Shown here: piece by piece, positions 39,101 through 54,100 of the stretch
How positions within the stretch are numbered: position 1 is the first letter of the stretch
Layout: the number at the start of each line of letters is the position of its first letter
Assembly (NCBI GenBank): GCA_964247055.1
Contig: OZ176058.1
Location: 4,154,001-4,218,000, forward strand
From: Paragordius varius
Taxonomy: Eukaryota; Animalia; Nematomorpha
Length of the DNA stretch: 64,000 bases
Direction of reading: 5' to 3'
Program-made: the position numbers and the translations under genes
Notes under the pieces: model-generated
The model's input: only the letters and a program-made list of their open reading frames with translations
Database searches by the model: none
What the model was told of the DNA's origin: nothing

Positions 39101-42100
39101 TGTCTTTTATCTTTTTAGTGTTTCCAACAATCAAACATATATTTTCAACAATCAAATAATTTTTACAACAATCAAAATATGTTGCCCAATAGCTTTTTAG
39201 TGTTTCTAACAATGAAACATATATTTTCAACAATCATTTTTCAAACAATCAAAATATGTTGCCCAATAGCTTTTTAGTGTTTCCAACAATCAAACATATA
39301 TTTTCAACAATCAAATAATTTTTCAAACAATCAAAATATGTTCCCCAATAGCTTTTTAGTATTTCCAACAATCAAACATATATTTTCAACAATCAAATAA
39401 TTTTTCCAACAATCAAATTATGTTGTCTTTTAACTTTTTAGTGTTTCCAACAATCAATCATATATTTTCAACAAAATAATTTCCAACAAAATATGATGCC
39501 CAATAGCTTTTTAGTGTTTCTAATTTCCAACAATCAAAATTTGATTTCTTTTAACTTTTTAGTGTTTCCAACAATCAAACATATATTTCAACAATCAAAT
39601 AATTTTCCCAACAATCTTATTATGTTGTCTTTTAACTTTTTAGTGTTTCCAACAATCAAACATATATTTTCAAGAATCAAATATTTTTTCCAACAATCAA
39701 AATATGTTCCCCAATAGCTTTTTAGGATTTCCAACAATCAAATAATTTTTCCAACAATCAAAATTTGATTTCTTTTAACTTTTTAGTGTTTCCAACAATC
39801 AAACATATATTTTCAACAATCAAATAATTTTCCCAACAATCAAAATATGTTTTCTATTAACTTTTTAGTGTTTCCAACAATCAAACATATATTTTCAACA
39901 ATCAAATAATTTCCAACAAAATATGATGCCCAATAGCTTTTTAGTGTTTCTAATTTCCAACAATCAAAATTTGATTTCTTTTAACTTTTTAGTGTTTAAA
40001 CAATCAAACATATATTTTCAACAATCAAATAATTTTTCCAACAATCAAAATATGTTCTTTTAACTTTTTAGTGTTTCCAACAATCAAACATATATTTTCA
40101 ACAATCAAATAATTTTTTTAACAATCAAATAATTTTTTTAACATATGTTGCCAAATAGCTTTTTAGTATTTCCAACAATCAAATAATTTTTCCAACAATC
40201 AAAATATGTTGTCTTTTAACTTTTTAGTGTTTCCAACAATCAAACATATATTTTCAACAAACAAATAATTTTTCCAACAATCAAAATATGTTGCCCAATA
40301 GCTTTTTAGTATTTCCAACAATCAAACATATATTTTCAACAATCAAATAATTTTTCCAACAATCAAAATATGTTTTCGTTTAACTTTTTAGTTTTCCAAC
40401 AATCAAACATATATTTTCAACAATCAAATAATTTTTACAACAATCAAAATATGTTGTCCAATAGCTTTTTAGTGTTTCCAACAATGAAACATATATTTTC
40501 AACAATCAAATAATTTTTCAAACAATCAAAATATGTTGTCTTTTAACTTTTTAGTGTTTCCAACAATCAATCATATATTTTCAACAATCAAATAATTTCC
40601 AACAAAATATGATGCACAATAGCTTTTTAGTGTTTCTAATTTCCAACAATCAAAATTTGATTTCTTTTAACTTTTTAGTGTTTCCAACAATCAAACATAT
40701 ATTTTCAACAATCAAATAATTTTTCAAACAATCAAAATATGTTGCCCAATAGCTTTTTAGTGTTTCCAACAATCAAACATATATTTTCAACAATCAAATA
40801 ATTTTTCAAACAATCAAAATATGTTGCCCAATAGCTTTTTAGTATTTCCAACAATCAAACATATATTTTCAACAATCAAATAATTTTTCCAACAATCAAA
40901 ATATGTTGCCCAATAGCTTTTTAGTACTTCCAACAATCAAATAATTTTTCCAACAATCAAAATATGTTTTCTTTTAACTTTTTAGTGTTTCCAACAATCA
41001 AACATATATTTTCAACAATCAAATTTTTAACAATCAAAATATGTTGTCCAATAGTTTTTTAGTATTTCAACAATCAAATAATTTTTCCAACAATCAAAAT
41101 ATGTTTTCTTTTAACTTTTTAGTGTTTCCAACAATCAAACATATATTTCAACAATCAAATAAATTTTCCAACAATCAAAATATGTTGCCCAATAGCTTTT
41201 TAGTATTTCCAACAATCAAACATATATTTTCAACAATCAAATAATTTTTCCAACAATCAAAATATGTTTTCTTTTAACTTTTTAGTGTTTCCAACAATCA
41301 AACATATATTTTCAACAATCAAATAATTTTTACAACAATCAAAATATGTTGCCCAATAGCTTTTTAGTGTTTCCAACAATGAAACATATATTTTCAACAA
41401 TCAAATAATTTTTCAAACAATCAAAATATGTTGCCCAATAGCTTTTTAGTGTTTCCAACAATCAAACATATATTTTCAACAATCAAATAATTTTTCAAAC
41501 AATCAAAATATGTTCCCCAATAGCTTTTTAGTATTTCCAACAATCAAACATATATTTTCAACAATCAAATAATTTTTCCAACAATCAAATTATGTTGTCT
41601 TTTAACTTTTTAGTGTTTCCAACAATCAATCATATATTTTCAACAAAATAATTTCCAACAAAATATGATGCCCAATAGCTTTTTAGTGTTTCTAATTTCC
41701 AACACTCAAAATTTGATTTCTTTTAACTTTTTAGTGTTTCCAACAATCAAACATATATTTTCAACAATCAAATAATTTTCCCAACAATCAAAATATGTTT
41801 TCTATTAACTTTTTAGTGTTTCCAACAATCAAACATATATTTTCAACAATCAAATAATTTCCAACAAAATATGATGCCCAATAGCTTTTTAGTGTTTCTA
41901 ATTTCCAACAATCAAAATTTGATTTCTTTTAACTTTTTAGTGTATCCAACAATCAAACATATATTTTCAACAATCAAATAATTTTCCCAACAATCTTATT
42001 ATGTTGCCTTTTAACTTTTTAGTGTTTCCAACAATCAAACATATATTTTCAAGAATCAAATAATTTTTCCAACAATCAAAATATGTTCCCCAATAGCTTT

Positions 42101-45100
42101 TTAGTATTTCCAACAATCAAACATATATTTTCAACAATCAAATAATTTTTCCAACAATCAAATTATGTTGTCTTTTAACTTTTTAGTGTTTCCAACAATC
42201 AATCATATATTTTCAACAATCAAATAATTTTCCAACAATAAATATGTTGCCCAATAGTTTTTTACTGTTTCCAACAATTAAATAATTTTTTCAACAATCA
42301 AATTATGTTGTCTTTTAACTTTTTAGTGTTTCCAACAATCAAACATATATTTTCAACAATCAAATAATTTTTCCAACAATCAAATTATGTTGTCTTTTAA
42401 CTTTATAGTGTTTTCAACAATCAATCATATATTTTCAACAATCAAATAATTTCTCCAACAATCAAAATATGATGCCCAATAACTTTTTAGTGTTTCCAAC
42501 AATGAAACATATATTTTCAACAATCAAATAATTTTTCAAACAATCAAAATATGTTGCCCAATAGCTTTTTACTGTTTCCAACAATCAAACATATATTTTC
42601 AACAATCAAATAATTTTTCAAACAATCAAAATATGTTGCCCAATAGCTTTTTAGTATTTCCAACAATCAAACATATATTTTCAACAATCAAATAATTTTT
42701 CCAACAATCAAAATATGTTGCCCAATAGCTTTTTAGTACTTCCAACAATCAAATAATTTTTCAAACAATCAAAATATGTTGCCCAATAGCTTTTTAGTAC
42801 CTCCAACAATCAAATATTTTTTCCAACAATCAAAATATGTTTTCTTTTAACTTTTTAGTGTTTCCAACAATCAAACATATATTTTCAACAATCAAATAAT
42901 TTTTTTAACAATCAAAATATGTTGCTTAATAGCTTTTTAGTCTTTCCAACAATCAAATAATTTTTCCAACAATCAAAATATGTTTTCTTTTAACTTTTTA
43001 GTGTTTCCAACAATCAAACATATATTTCAACAATCAAATAAATTTTCCAACAATCAAAATATGTTGCCCAATAGCTTTTTAGTATTTCCAACAATCAAAC
43101 ATATATTTTCAACAATCAAATAATTTTTCCAACAATCAAAATATGTTTTCTTTTAACTTTTTAGTGTTTCCAACAATCAAACATATATTTTCAACAATCA
43201 AATAATTTTTACAACAATCAAAATATGTTGCCCAATAGCTTTTTAGTGTTTCCAACAATGAAACATATATTTTCAACAATCAAATAATTTTTCAAACAAT
43301 CAAAATATGTTGCCCAATAGCTTTTTAGTGTTTCCAACAATCAAACATATATTTTCAACAATCAAATAATTTTTCAAACAATCAAAATATGTTCCCCAAT
43401 AGCTTTTTAGTATTTCCAACAATCAAACATATATTTTCAACAATCAAATAATTTTTCCAACAATCAAATTATGTTGTCTTTTAACTTTTTAGTGTTTCCA
43501 ACAATCAATCATATATTTTCAACAAAATAATTTCCACCAAAATATGATGCCCAATAGCTTTTTAGTGTTTCTAATTTCCAACAATCAAAATTTGATTTCT
43601 TTTAACTTTTTAGTGTTTCCAACAATCAAACATATATTTTCAACAATCAAATAATTTTCCCAACAATCAAAATATGTTTTCTATTAACTTTTTAGTGTTT
43701 CCAACAATCAATCATATATTTTCAACAAAATAATTTCCAACAAAATATGATGCCCAATAGCTTTTTAGTGTTTCTAATTTCCAACAATCAAAATTTGATT
43801 TCTTTTAACTTTTTAGTGTTTCCAACAATCAAAAATATATTTTCAACAATCAAATAATTTTCCCAATAATCTTATTATGTTGTCTTTTAACTTTTTAGTG
43901 TTTCCAACAATCAAACATATATTTTCAAGAATCAAATAATTTTTCCAACAATCAAAATATGTTCCCCAATAGCATTTTAGTATTTCCAACAATCAAACAT
44001 ATATTTTCAACAATCAAATAATTTTTCCAACAATCAAATTATGTTGTCTTTTAACTTTTTAGTGTTTCCAACAATCTATCATATATTTTAAACAATCAAA
44101 TAATTTTCCAACAATAAATATGTTGCCCAATAGTTTTTTACTGTTTCCAACAATTAAATAATTTTTTCAACAATCAAATTATGTTGTCTTTTAACTTTTT
44201 AGTGTTTCCAACAATCAAACATATATTTTCAACAATCAAATAATTTTTCCAACAATCAAAATATGTTGCCCAATAGCTTTTTAGTATTTCCAACAATCAA
44301 ACATATATTTTCAACAATCAAATAATTTTTTCAACAATCAAAATATGTTTTCTTTAAACTTTTTAGTGTTTCTAACAATTAAACATATATTTTCAACAAT
44401 CAAATAATTTTTACAACAATCAAAATATGTTGCCCAATAGTTTTTTAGTGTTTCCAACAATCAAACATATTTTTTCAACAATCAAATAATTTTTCAAACA
44501 ATCGAAATATGTTGCCCAATAGCTTTTTAGTATTTCCAACAATCAAACATATATTTTCAACAATCAAATAATTTTTCCAACAGTCAAAATATGTTGCCCA
44601 ATAGCTTTTTAGTATTTCCAACAATCAAACATATATTTTCAACAATCAAATAATTTTTCCAACAATCAATATGTTTTCTTTTAACTTTTTAGTGTTTCCA
44701 ACAATCAAACATATTTTTTCAACAATCAAATAATTTTTTTAACAATCAAAATATGTTGCCCAATAGCTTTTTAGTATTTCCAACAATCAAATAATTTTTC
44801 CAACAATCAAAATATGTTTTCTTTTAACTTTTTAGTGTTTCCAACAATCAAACATATATTTTCAGCAATCAAATAATTTTCCAACAATAAATATGTTGCC
44901 CAATAGTTTTTTACTGTTTCCAACAATTAAATAATTTTTTCAACAATCAAATTATGGTGTCTTTTAACTTTTTAGTGTTTCCAACAATCAAACATATATT
45001 TTCAACAATCAAATAATTTTTCCAACAATCAAATATGTTGCCCAATAGCTTTTTAGTATTTCCAACAATCAAACATATATTTTCAACAATCAAATAATTT

Positions 45101-48100
45101 TTCCAACAATCAAAATATGTTTTCTAATAACTTTTTAGTGTTTCCAACAATCAAACATATATTTTCAACAATCAAATAATTTTTCAAACAATCAAAATAT
45201 GTTGCCCAATAACTTTTTAGTGTTTCCAACAATCAAACATATATTTTCAAAAATCAAATAATTTTTCAAACAATCAAAATATGTTGCCCAATAGCTTTTT
45301 AGTATTTCCAACAATCAAACATATATTTTCAACAATCAAATAATTTTTCCAACAATCAAATTATGTTGTCTTTCACTTTTAGTGTTTTCAACAATCAATC
45401 ATATATTTTCAACAATCAAATAATTTCTCCAACAATCAAAATATGATGCCCAATAACTTTTTAGTGTTTCCAACAATGAAACATATATTTTCAACAATCA
45501 AATAATTTTTCAAACAATCAAAATATGTTGCCTAATAGCTTTTTAATTTCCTACAATCAAACATATATTTTCAACAATCAAAAAATTTTTCAAACAATGA
45601 AAATATGTTGCCCAATAGCTTTTTAGTATTTCCAACAATCAAAATATGTTGCCCAATAGCTTTTTAGTACTTCCAACAATCAAACATATATTTTCAACAA
45701 TCAAATAATTTTTCAAACAATCAAAATATGTTGCCCAATAGCTTTTTAGTCAACAATCAAACATATATTTTCAACAATCAAATAATTTTTCCAACAGTCA
45801 AAATATGTTGCCCAATAGCTTTTTAGTATTTCCAACAATCAAACATATATTTTCAACAATCAAATAATTTTTCCAACAATCAATATGTTTTCTTTTAACT
45901 TTTTAGTGTTTCCAACAATCAAACATATATTTTCAACAATCAAATAATTTTTTTAACAATCAAAATATGTTGCCCAATAGCTTTTTAGTATTTCTTACAA
46001 TCAAACATATATTTTCAGCAATCAAATAATTTTTCCAACAATCAAAAATGTTGCCCAATAGCTTTTTAGTACTTCCAACAATCAAATAATTTTTCCAACA
46101 ATCAAATAATTTTTCCAACAATCAAAATATGTTTTCTTTTAACTTTTTAGTGTTTCCAACAATCAAACATATATTTTCAACAATCAAATAAATTTTTTAA
46201 CAAAAATATGTTGCTCAATAGCTTTTTAGTATTTCCAACAATCAAATAACTTTTCCAACAATCAAAATATGTTTTCTTTTAACTTTTTAGTGTTTCCAAC
46301 AATCAAACATATATTTTCAACAATCAAATAATTTTTCCAACAATCAAAATATGTTGCCCAATAGCTTTTTAGTATTTCCAACAATCAAACATACATTTTC
46401 AACAATCAAATAATTTTTCCAACAATCAAAATATGTTTTCTTTTAACTTTTTAGTGTTTCCAACAATCAAACATATATTTTCAACAATCAAATAAATTTT
46501 TTAACAAAAATATGTTGCTCAATAGCTTTTTAGTATTTCCAACAATCAAATAATTTTTCCAACAATCAAAATATGTTTTCTTTTAACTTTTTAGTGTTTC
46601 CAACAATCAAACATATATTTTCAACAATCAAATAATTTTTCCAACAATCAAAATATGTTGCCCAATAGCTTTTTAGTATTTCCAACAATCAAACATATAT
46701 TTTCAACAATCAAATAATTTTTCCAACAATCAAAATATGTTTTCTTTTAACTTTTTAGTGTTTTCAACAATCAAACATATATTTTCAACAATCAAATAAT
46801 TTTTTTAACAATCAAAATATGTTGCCCAATAGCTTTTTAGTATTTCCAACAATCAAACATATATTTTCAACAATCAAATATTTTTTCCAACAATCAAAAT
46901 ATGTTGTCTTTTAACTATTTAGTGTTTTCAAAAATCAAACATATATTTTCAACAATCAAATAATTTTAACAATCAAAATATGTTTTCTTTTAACTTTTTA
47001 GTGTTTCCAACAATCAATCATATATTTTTAACAATCAAATAATTATTTTAACAATTAAAATATGTTGCCCAATAGTTTTTCAGTGTTTTCAACAATTAAA
47101 TAATTTTTTCAACAATCAAATTATGTTGTCTTTTATCTTTTTTTCCAACAATCAAACATATATTTTCAACAATCAAATAATTTTTCCAACAATCAAAATA
47201 TGTTGCCCAACAGCTTTTTAGTTTTTGCAACAATCAAACATATATTTTTAACAATCAAATAATTTTTCCAACAATCAAAATATGTTTTCTTTTAACTTTT
47301 TAGTGTTTCCAACAATCAAACATATAACAATCAAATAATTTTCCAACAATAAATATGTTGCCCAATAGTTTTTTACTGTTTCCAACAATTAAATAATTTT
47401 TTCAACAATCAAATTATGTTGTCTTTTAACTTTTTAGTGTTTCCAACAATCAAACATATATTTTCAACAATCAAATAATTTTTCCAACAATCAAATATGT
47501 TGCCCAATAGCTTTTTAGTAATTTTAACAATCATATATTTTCAACAATCAAATAATTTTTCCAACAATCAAAATATGTTGCCCAATAGCTTTTTAGTACT
47601 TCCAACAATCAAATAATTTTTCCAACAATCAAAATATGTTTTCTTTTAACTTTTTAGTGTTTCCAACAATCAAACATATATTTTCAACAAATAAATAATT
47701 TTTTTAACAATCAAAATATGTTGCCCAATAGCTATTTAGTATTTCCATCAATCAAATAATTTTTCCAACAATCAAAATATGTTTTCTTTTAACTTTTTAG
47801 TGTTTCCAACAATCAAACATATATTTTCAACAATCAAATAATTTTCCAACAATAAATATGTTGCCCAATAGTTTTTCAGTGTTTTCAACAATTAAATAAT
47901 TTTTTCAACAATCAAATTATGTTGTCTTTTATCTTTTTTTCCAACAATCAAACATATATTTTCAACAATCAAATAATTTTTCCAACAATCAAAATATGTT
48001 GCCCAACAGCTTTTTAGTTTTTGCAACAATCAAACATATATTTTTAACAATCAAATAATTTTTCCAACAATCAAAATATGTTTTCTTTTAACTTTTTAGT

Positions 48101-51100
48101 GTTTCCAACAATCAAACATATAACAATCAAATAATTTTCCAACAATAAATATGTTGCCCAATAGTTTTTTACTGTTTCCAACAATTAAATAATTTTTTCA
48201 ACAATCAAATTATGTTGTCTTTTAACTTTTTAGTGTTTCCAACAATCAAACATATATTTTCAACAATCAAATAATTTTTCCAACAATCAAATATGTTGCC
48301 CAATAGCTTTTTAGTAATTTTAACAATCATATATTTTCAACAATCAAATAATTTTTCCAACAATCAAAATATGTTGCCCAATAGCTTTTTAGTACTTCCA
48401 ACAATCAAATAATTTTTCCAACAATCAAAATATGTTTTCTTTTAACTTTTTAGTGTTTCCAACAATCAAACATATATTTTCAACAAATAAATAATTTTTT
48501 TAACAATCAAAATATGTTGCCCAATAGCTTTTTAGTATTTCCAACAATCAAATAATTTTTCCAACAATCAAAATATGTTTTCTTTTAACTTTTTAGTGTT
48601 TCCAACAATCAAACATATATTTTCAACAATCAAATAAATTTTCCAACAATCAAAATATGTTGCCCAATAGCTTTTTAGTATTTCCAACAATCAAACATAT
48701 ATTTTCAACAATCAAATAATTTTTCCAACAATCAAAATATGTTTTCTTTTAACTTTTTAGTGTTTCCAAAAATCAAACATATATTTTCAACAATCAAATA
48801 ATTTTTACAACAATCAAAATATGTTGCCCAATAGCTTTTTAGTAATTCCAACAATCAAATAATTTTTCCAACAATCAAAATATGTTTTCTTTTAACTTTT
48901 TAGTGTTTCCAACAATCAAACATATATTTTCAACAAATAAATAATTTTTTTAACAATCAAAATATGTTGCCCAATAGCTTTTTAGTATTTCCAACAATCA
49001 AATAATTTTTCCAACAATCAAAATATGTTTTCTTTTATCTTTTTAGTGTTTCCAACAATCAAACATATAAACAATCAAATAATTTTTCCAACAATCAAAA
49101 TATGTTGCCCAACAGCTTTTTAGTCTTTCCAACAATCAAACATATATTTTCAACAATCAAATAATTTTTCCAACAATCAAAATATGTTTTCTTTTAACTT
49201 TTTAGTGTTTCCAACAATCAAACATATATTTTCAACAATCAAATAATTTTTACAACAATCAAAATATGTTGCCCAATAGCTTTTTAGTAATTCCAACAAT
49301 CAAATAATTTTTCCAACAATCAAAATATGTTGTATTTTAACTTTTTAGTGTTTCCAACAATCAATCATATATTTTCAACAATCAAATAATTTCCAACAAA
49401 ATATGTTTTCTTTAAACTTTTTAGTGTTTCCAACAATCAAACATATATTTTCAACAATCAAATAATTTTTTTAACAATCAAAATAAGTTGCCCAATAGCT
49501 TTTTAGTATTTCCAACAATCAAATAATTTTTCCAACAATCAAAATATGTTTTCTTTTAACTTTTTAGTGTTTCCAACAATCAAACATATATTTTCAACAA
49601 TCAAATAATTTTTCCAACAATCAAAATATCTTGCCCAATAGCTTTTTAGTATTTCCAACAATCAAACATATATTTTCAACAATCAAATAATTTTTCCAAC
49701 AATCAAAATATGTTTACTTTTAATTTTTAGTGTTTTCAACAATCAAACATATATTTTCAACAATCAAATAATTTTTTTAACAATCAAAATATGTTGCCCA
49801 ATAGCTTTTTAGTATTTCCAACAATCAAACATATATTTTCAACAATCAAATAATTTTTCCAACAATCAAAATATGTTGTCTTTTAACTATTTAGTGTTTC
49901 CAACAATCAAACATATATTTTCAACAATCAAATAATTTTAACAATCAAAATATGTTTTCTTTTAACTTTTTAATGTTTCCAACAATCAATCATATATTTT
50001 TAACAATCAAATAATTTTTTTAACAATTAAAATATGTTGACCAATAGCTTTTTAGTATTTCCAACAATCAAATAATTTTTCCAACAATCAAAATATGTTT
50101 TCTTTTTACTTTTTAGTGTTTCCAACAATCAAACATATATTTTCAACAATCAAATAATTTTTCCAACAATCAAAATATGTTGTCTTTTAACTATTTAGTG
50201 TTTCCAACAATCAAACATATATTTTCAACAATCAAATAATTTTTTTAACAATCAAAATATGTTGCCCAATAGCTTTTTAGTATTTCCAACAATCAAACAT
50301 ATATTTTCAACAATCAAATAATTTTTCCAACAATCAAAATATGTTGTCTTTTAACTATTTAGTGTTTCCAACAATCAAACATATATTTTCAACAATCAAA
50401 TAATTTTAACAATCAAAATATGTTTTCTTTTAACTTTTTAATGTTTCCAACAATCAATCATATATTTTTAACAATCAAATAATTTTTTTAACAATTAAAA
50501 TATGTTGACCAATAGCTTTTTAGTATTTCCAACAATCAAATAATTTTTCCAACAATCAAAATATGTTTTCTTTTAACTTTTTAGTGTTTCCAACAATCAA
50601 ACATATATTTTCAACAATCAAATAATTTTCCAACAATAAATATGTTGCCCAATAGTTTTTCAGTGTTTCCCACAATTAAATAATTTTTTCAACAATCAAA
50701 TTATGTTGTCTTTTATCTTTTTAGTGTTTCCAACAATCAAACATATATTTTCAACAATCAAATAATTTTTACAACAATCAAAATATGTTGCCCAATAGCT
50801 TTTTAGTGTTTCTAACAATGAAACATATATTTTCAACAATCATTTTTCAAACAATCAAAATATGTTGCCCAATAGCTTTTTAGTGTTTCCAACAATCAAA
50901 CATATATTTTCAACAATCAAATAATTTTTCAAACAATCAAAATATGTTCCCCAATAGCTTTTTAGTATTTCCAACAATCAAACATATATTTTCAACAATC
51001 AAATAATTTTTCCAACAATCAAATTATGTTGTCTTTTAACTTTTTAGTGTTTCCAACAATCAATCATATATTTTCAACAAAATAATTTCCAACAAAATAT

Positions 51101-54100
51101 GATGCCCAATAGCTTTTTAGTGTTTCTAATTTCCAACAATCAAAATTTGATTTCTTTTAACTTTTTAGTGTTTCCAACAATCAAACATATATTTCAACAA
51201 TCAAATAATTTTCCCAACAATCTTATTATGTTGTCTTTTAACTTTTTAGTGTTTCCAACAATCAAACATATATTTTCAAGAATCAAATATTTTTTCCAAC
51301 AATCAAAATATGTTCCCCAATAGCTTTTTAGGATTTCCAACAATCAAATAATTTTTCCAACAATCAAAATTTGATTTCTTTTAACTTTTTAGTGTTTCCA
51401 ACAATCAAACATATATTTTCAACAATCAAATAATTTTCCCAACAATCAAAATATGTTTTCTATTAACTTTTTAGTGTTTCCAACAATCAAACATATATTT
51501 TCAACAATCAAATAATTTCCAACAAAATATGATGCCCAATAGCTTTTTAGTGTTTCTAATTTCCAACAATCAAAATTTGATTTCTTTTAACTTTTTAGTG
51601 TTTAAACAATCAAACATATATTTTCAACAATCAAATAATTTTTCCAACAATCAAAATATGTTCTTTTAACTTTTTAGTGTTTCCAACAATCAAACATATA
51701 TTTTCAACAATCAAATAATTTTTTTAACAATCAAATAATTTTTTTAACATATGTTGCCAAATAGCTTTTTAGTATTTCCAACAATCAAATAATTTTTCCA
51801 ACAATCAAAATATGTTGTCTTTTAACTTTTTAGTGTTTCCAACAATCAAACATATATTTTCAACAAACAAATAATTTTTCCAACAATCAAAATATGTTGC
51901 CCAATAGCTTTTTAGTATTTCCAACAATCAAACATATATTTTCAACAATCAAATAATTTTTCCAACAATCAAAATATGTTTTCGTTTAACTTTTTAGTTT
52001 TCCAACAATCAAACATATATTTTCAACAATCAAATAATTTTTACAACAATCAAAATATGTTGTCCAATAGCTTTTTAGTGTTTCCAACAATGAAACATAT
52101 ATTTTCAACAATCAAATAATTTTTCAAACAATCAAAATATGTTGTCTTTTAACTTTTTAGTGTTTCCAACAATCAATCATATATTTTCAACAATCAAATA
52201 ATTTCCAACAAAATATGATGCACAATAGCTTTTTAGTGTTTCTAATTTCCAACAATCAAAATTTGATTTCTTTTAACTTTTTAGTGTTTCCAACAATCAA
52301 ACATATATTTTCAACAATCAAATAATTTTTCAAACAATCAAAATATGTTGCCCAATAGCTTTTTAGTGTTTCCAACAATCAAACATATATTTTCAACAAT
52401 CAAATAATTTTTCAAACAATCAAAATATGTTGCCCAATAGCTTTTTAGTATTTCCAACAATCAAACATATATTTTCAACAATCAAATAATTTTTCCAACA
52501 ATCAAAATATGTTGCCCAATAGCTTTTTAGTACTTCCAACAATCAAATAATTTTTCCAACAATCAAAATATGTTTTCTTTTAACTTTTTAGTGTTTCCAA
52601 CAATCAAACATATATTTTCAACAATCAAATTTTTAACAATCAAAATATGTTGTCCAATAGTTTTTTAGTATTTCAACAATCAAATAATTTTTCCAACAAT
52701 CAAAATATGTTTTCTTTTAACTTTTTAGTGTTTCCAACAATCAAACATATATTTCAACAATCAAATAAATTTTCCAACAATCAAAATATGTTGCCCAATA
52801 GCTTTTTAGTATTTCCAACAATCAAACATATATTTTCAACAATCAAATAATTTTTCCAACAATCAAAATATGTTTTCTTTTAACTTTTTAGTGTTTCCAA
52901 CAATCAAACATATATTTTCAACAATCAAATAATTTTTACAACAATCAAAATATGTTGCCCAATAGCTTTTTAGTGTTTCCAACAATGAAACATATATTTT
53001 CAACAATCAAATAATTTTTCAAACAATCAAAATATGTTGCCCAATAGCTTTTTAGTGTTTCCAACAATCAAACATATATTTTCAACAATCAAATAATTTT
53101 TCAAACAATCAAAATATGTTCCCCAATAGCTTTTTAGTATTTCCAACAATCAAACATATATTTTCAACAATCAAATAATTTTTCCAACAATCAAATTATG
53201 TTGTCTTTTAACTTTTTAGTGTTTCCAACAATCAATCATATATTTTCAACAAAATAATTTCCAAAAAAATATGATGCCCAATAGCTTTTTAGTGTTTCTA
53301 ATTTCCAACACTCAAAATTTGATTTCTTTTAACTTTTTAGTGTTTCCAACAATCAAACATATATTTTCAACAATCAAATAATTTTCCCAACAATCAAAAT
53401 ATGTTTTCTATTAACTTTTTAGTGTTTCCAACAATCAAACATATATTTTCAACAATCAAATAATTTCCAACAAAATATGATGCCCAATAGCTTTTTAGTG
53501 TTTCTAATTTCCAACAATCAAAATTTGATTTCTTTTAACTTTTTAGTGTATCCAACAATCAAACATATATTTTCAACAATCAAATAATTTTCCCAACAAT
53601 CTTATTATGTTGCCTTTTAACTTTTTAGTGTTTCCAACAATCAAACATATATTTTCAAGAATCAAATAATTTTTCCAACAATCAAAATATGTTCCCCAAT
53701 AGCTTTTTAGTATTTCCAACAATCAAACATATATTTTCAACAATCAAATAATTTTTCCAACAATCAAATTATGTTGTCTTTTAACTTTTTAGTGTTTCCA
53801 ACAATCAATCATATATTTTCAACAATCAAATAATTTTCCAACAATAAATATGTTGCCCAATAGTTTTTTACTGTTTCCAACAATTAAATAATTTTTTCAA
53901 CAATCAAATTATGTTGTCTTTTAACTTTTTAGTGTTTCCAACAATCAAACATATATTTTCAACAATCAAATAATTTTTCCAACAATCAAATTATGTTGTC
54001 TTTTAACTTTATAGTGTTTTCAACAATCAATCATATATTTTCAACAATCAAATAATTTCTCCAACAATCAAAATATGATGCCCAATAACTTTTTAGTGTT

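Noticed and set aside
32207-51323. Three near-identical 74-aa ORFs (32207, 39493, 51099) resembling a gene family
   Set aside because: They are the same satellite string in the three macro-repeat copies; useful only as offset markers (7286, 11606).
41041-52850. Two identical 67-aa ORFs (41041, 52647)
   Set aside because: Satellite translation duplicated by the 11,606-bp block; no coding signal.
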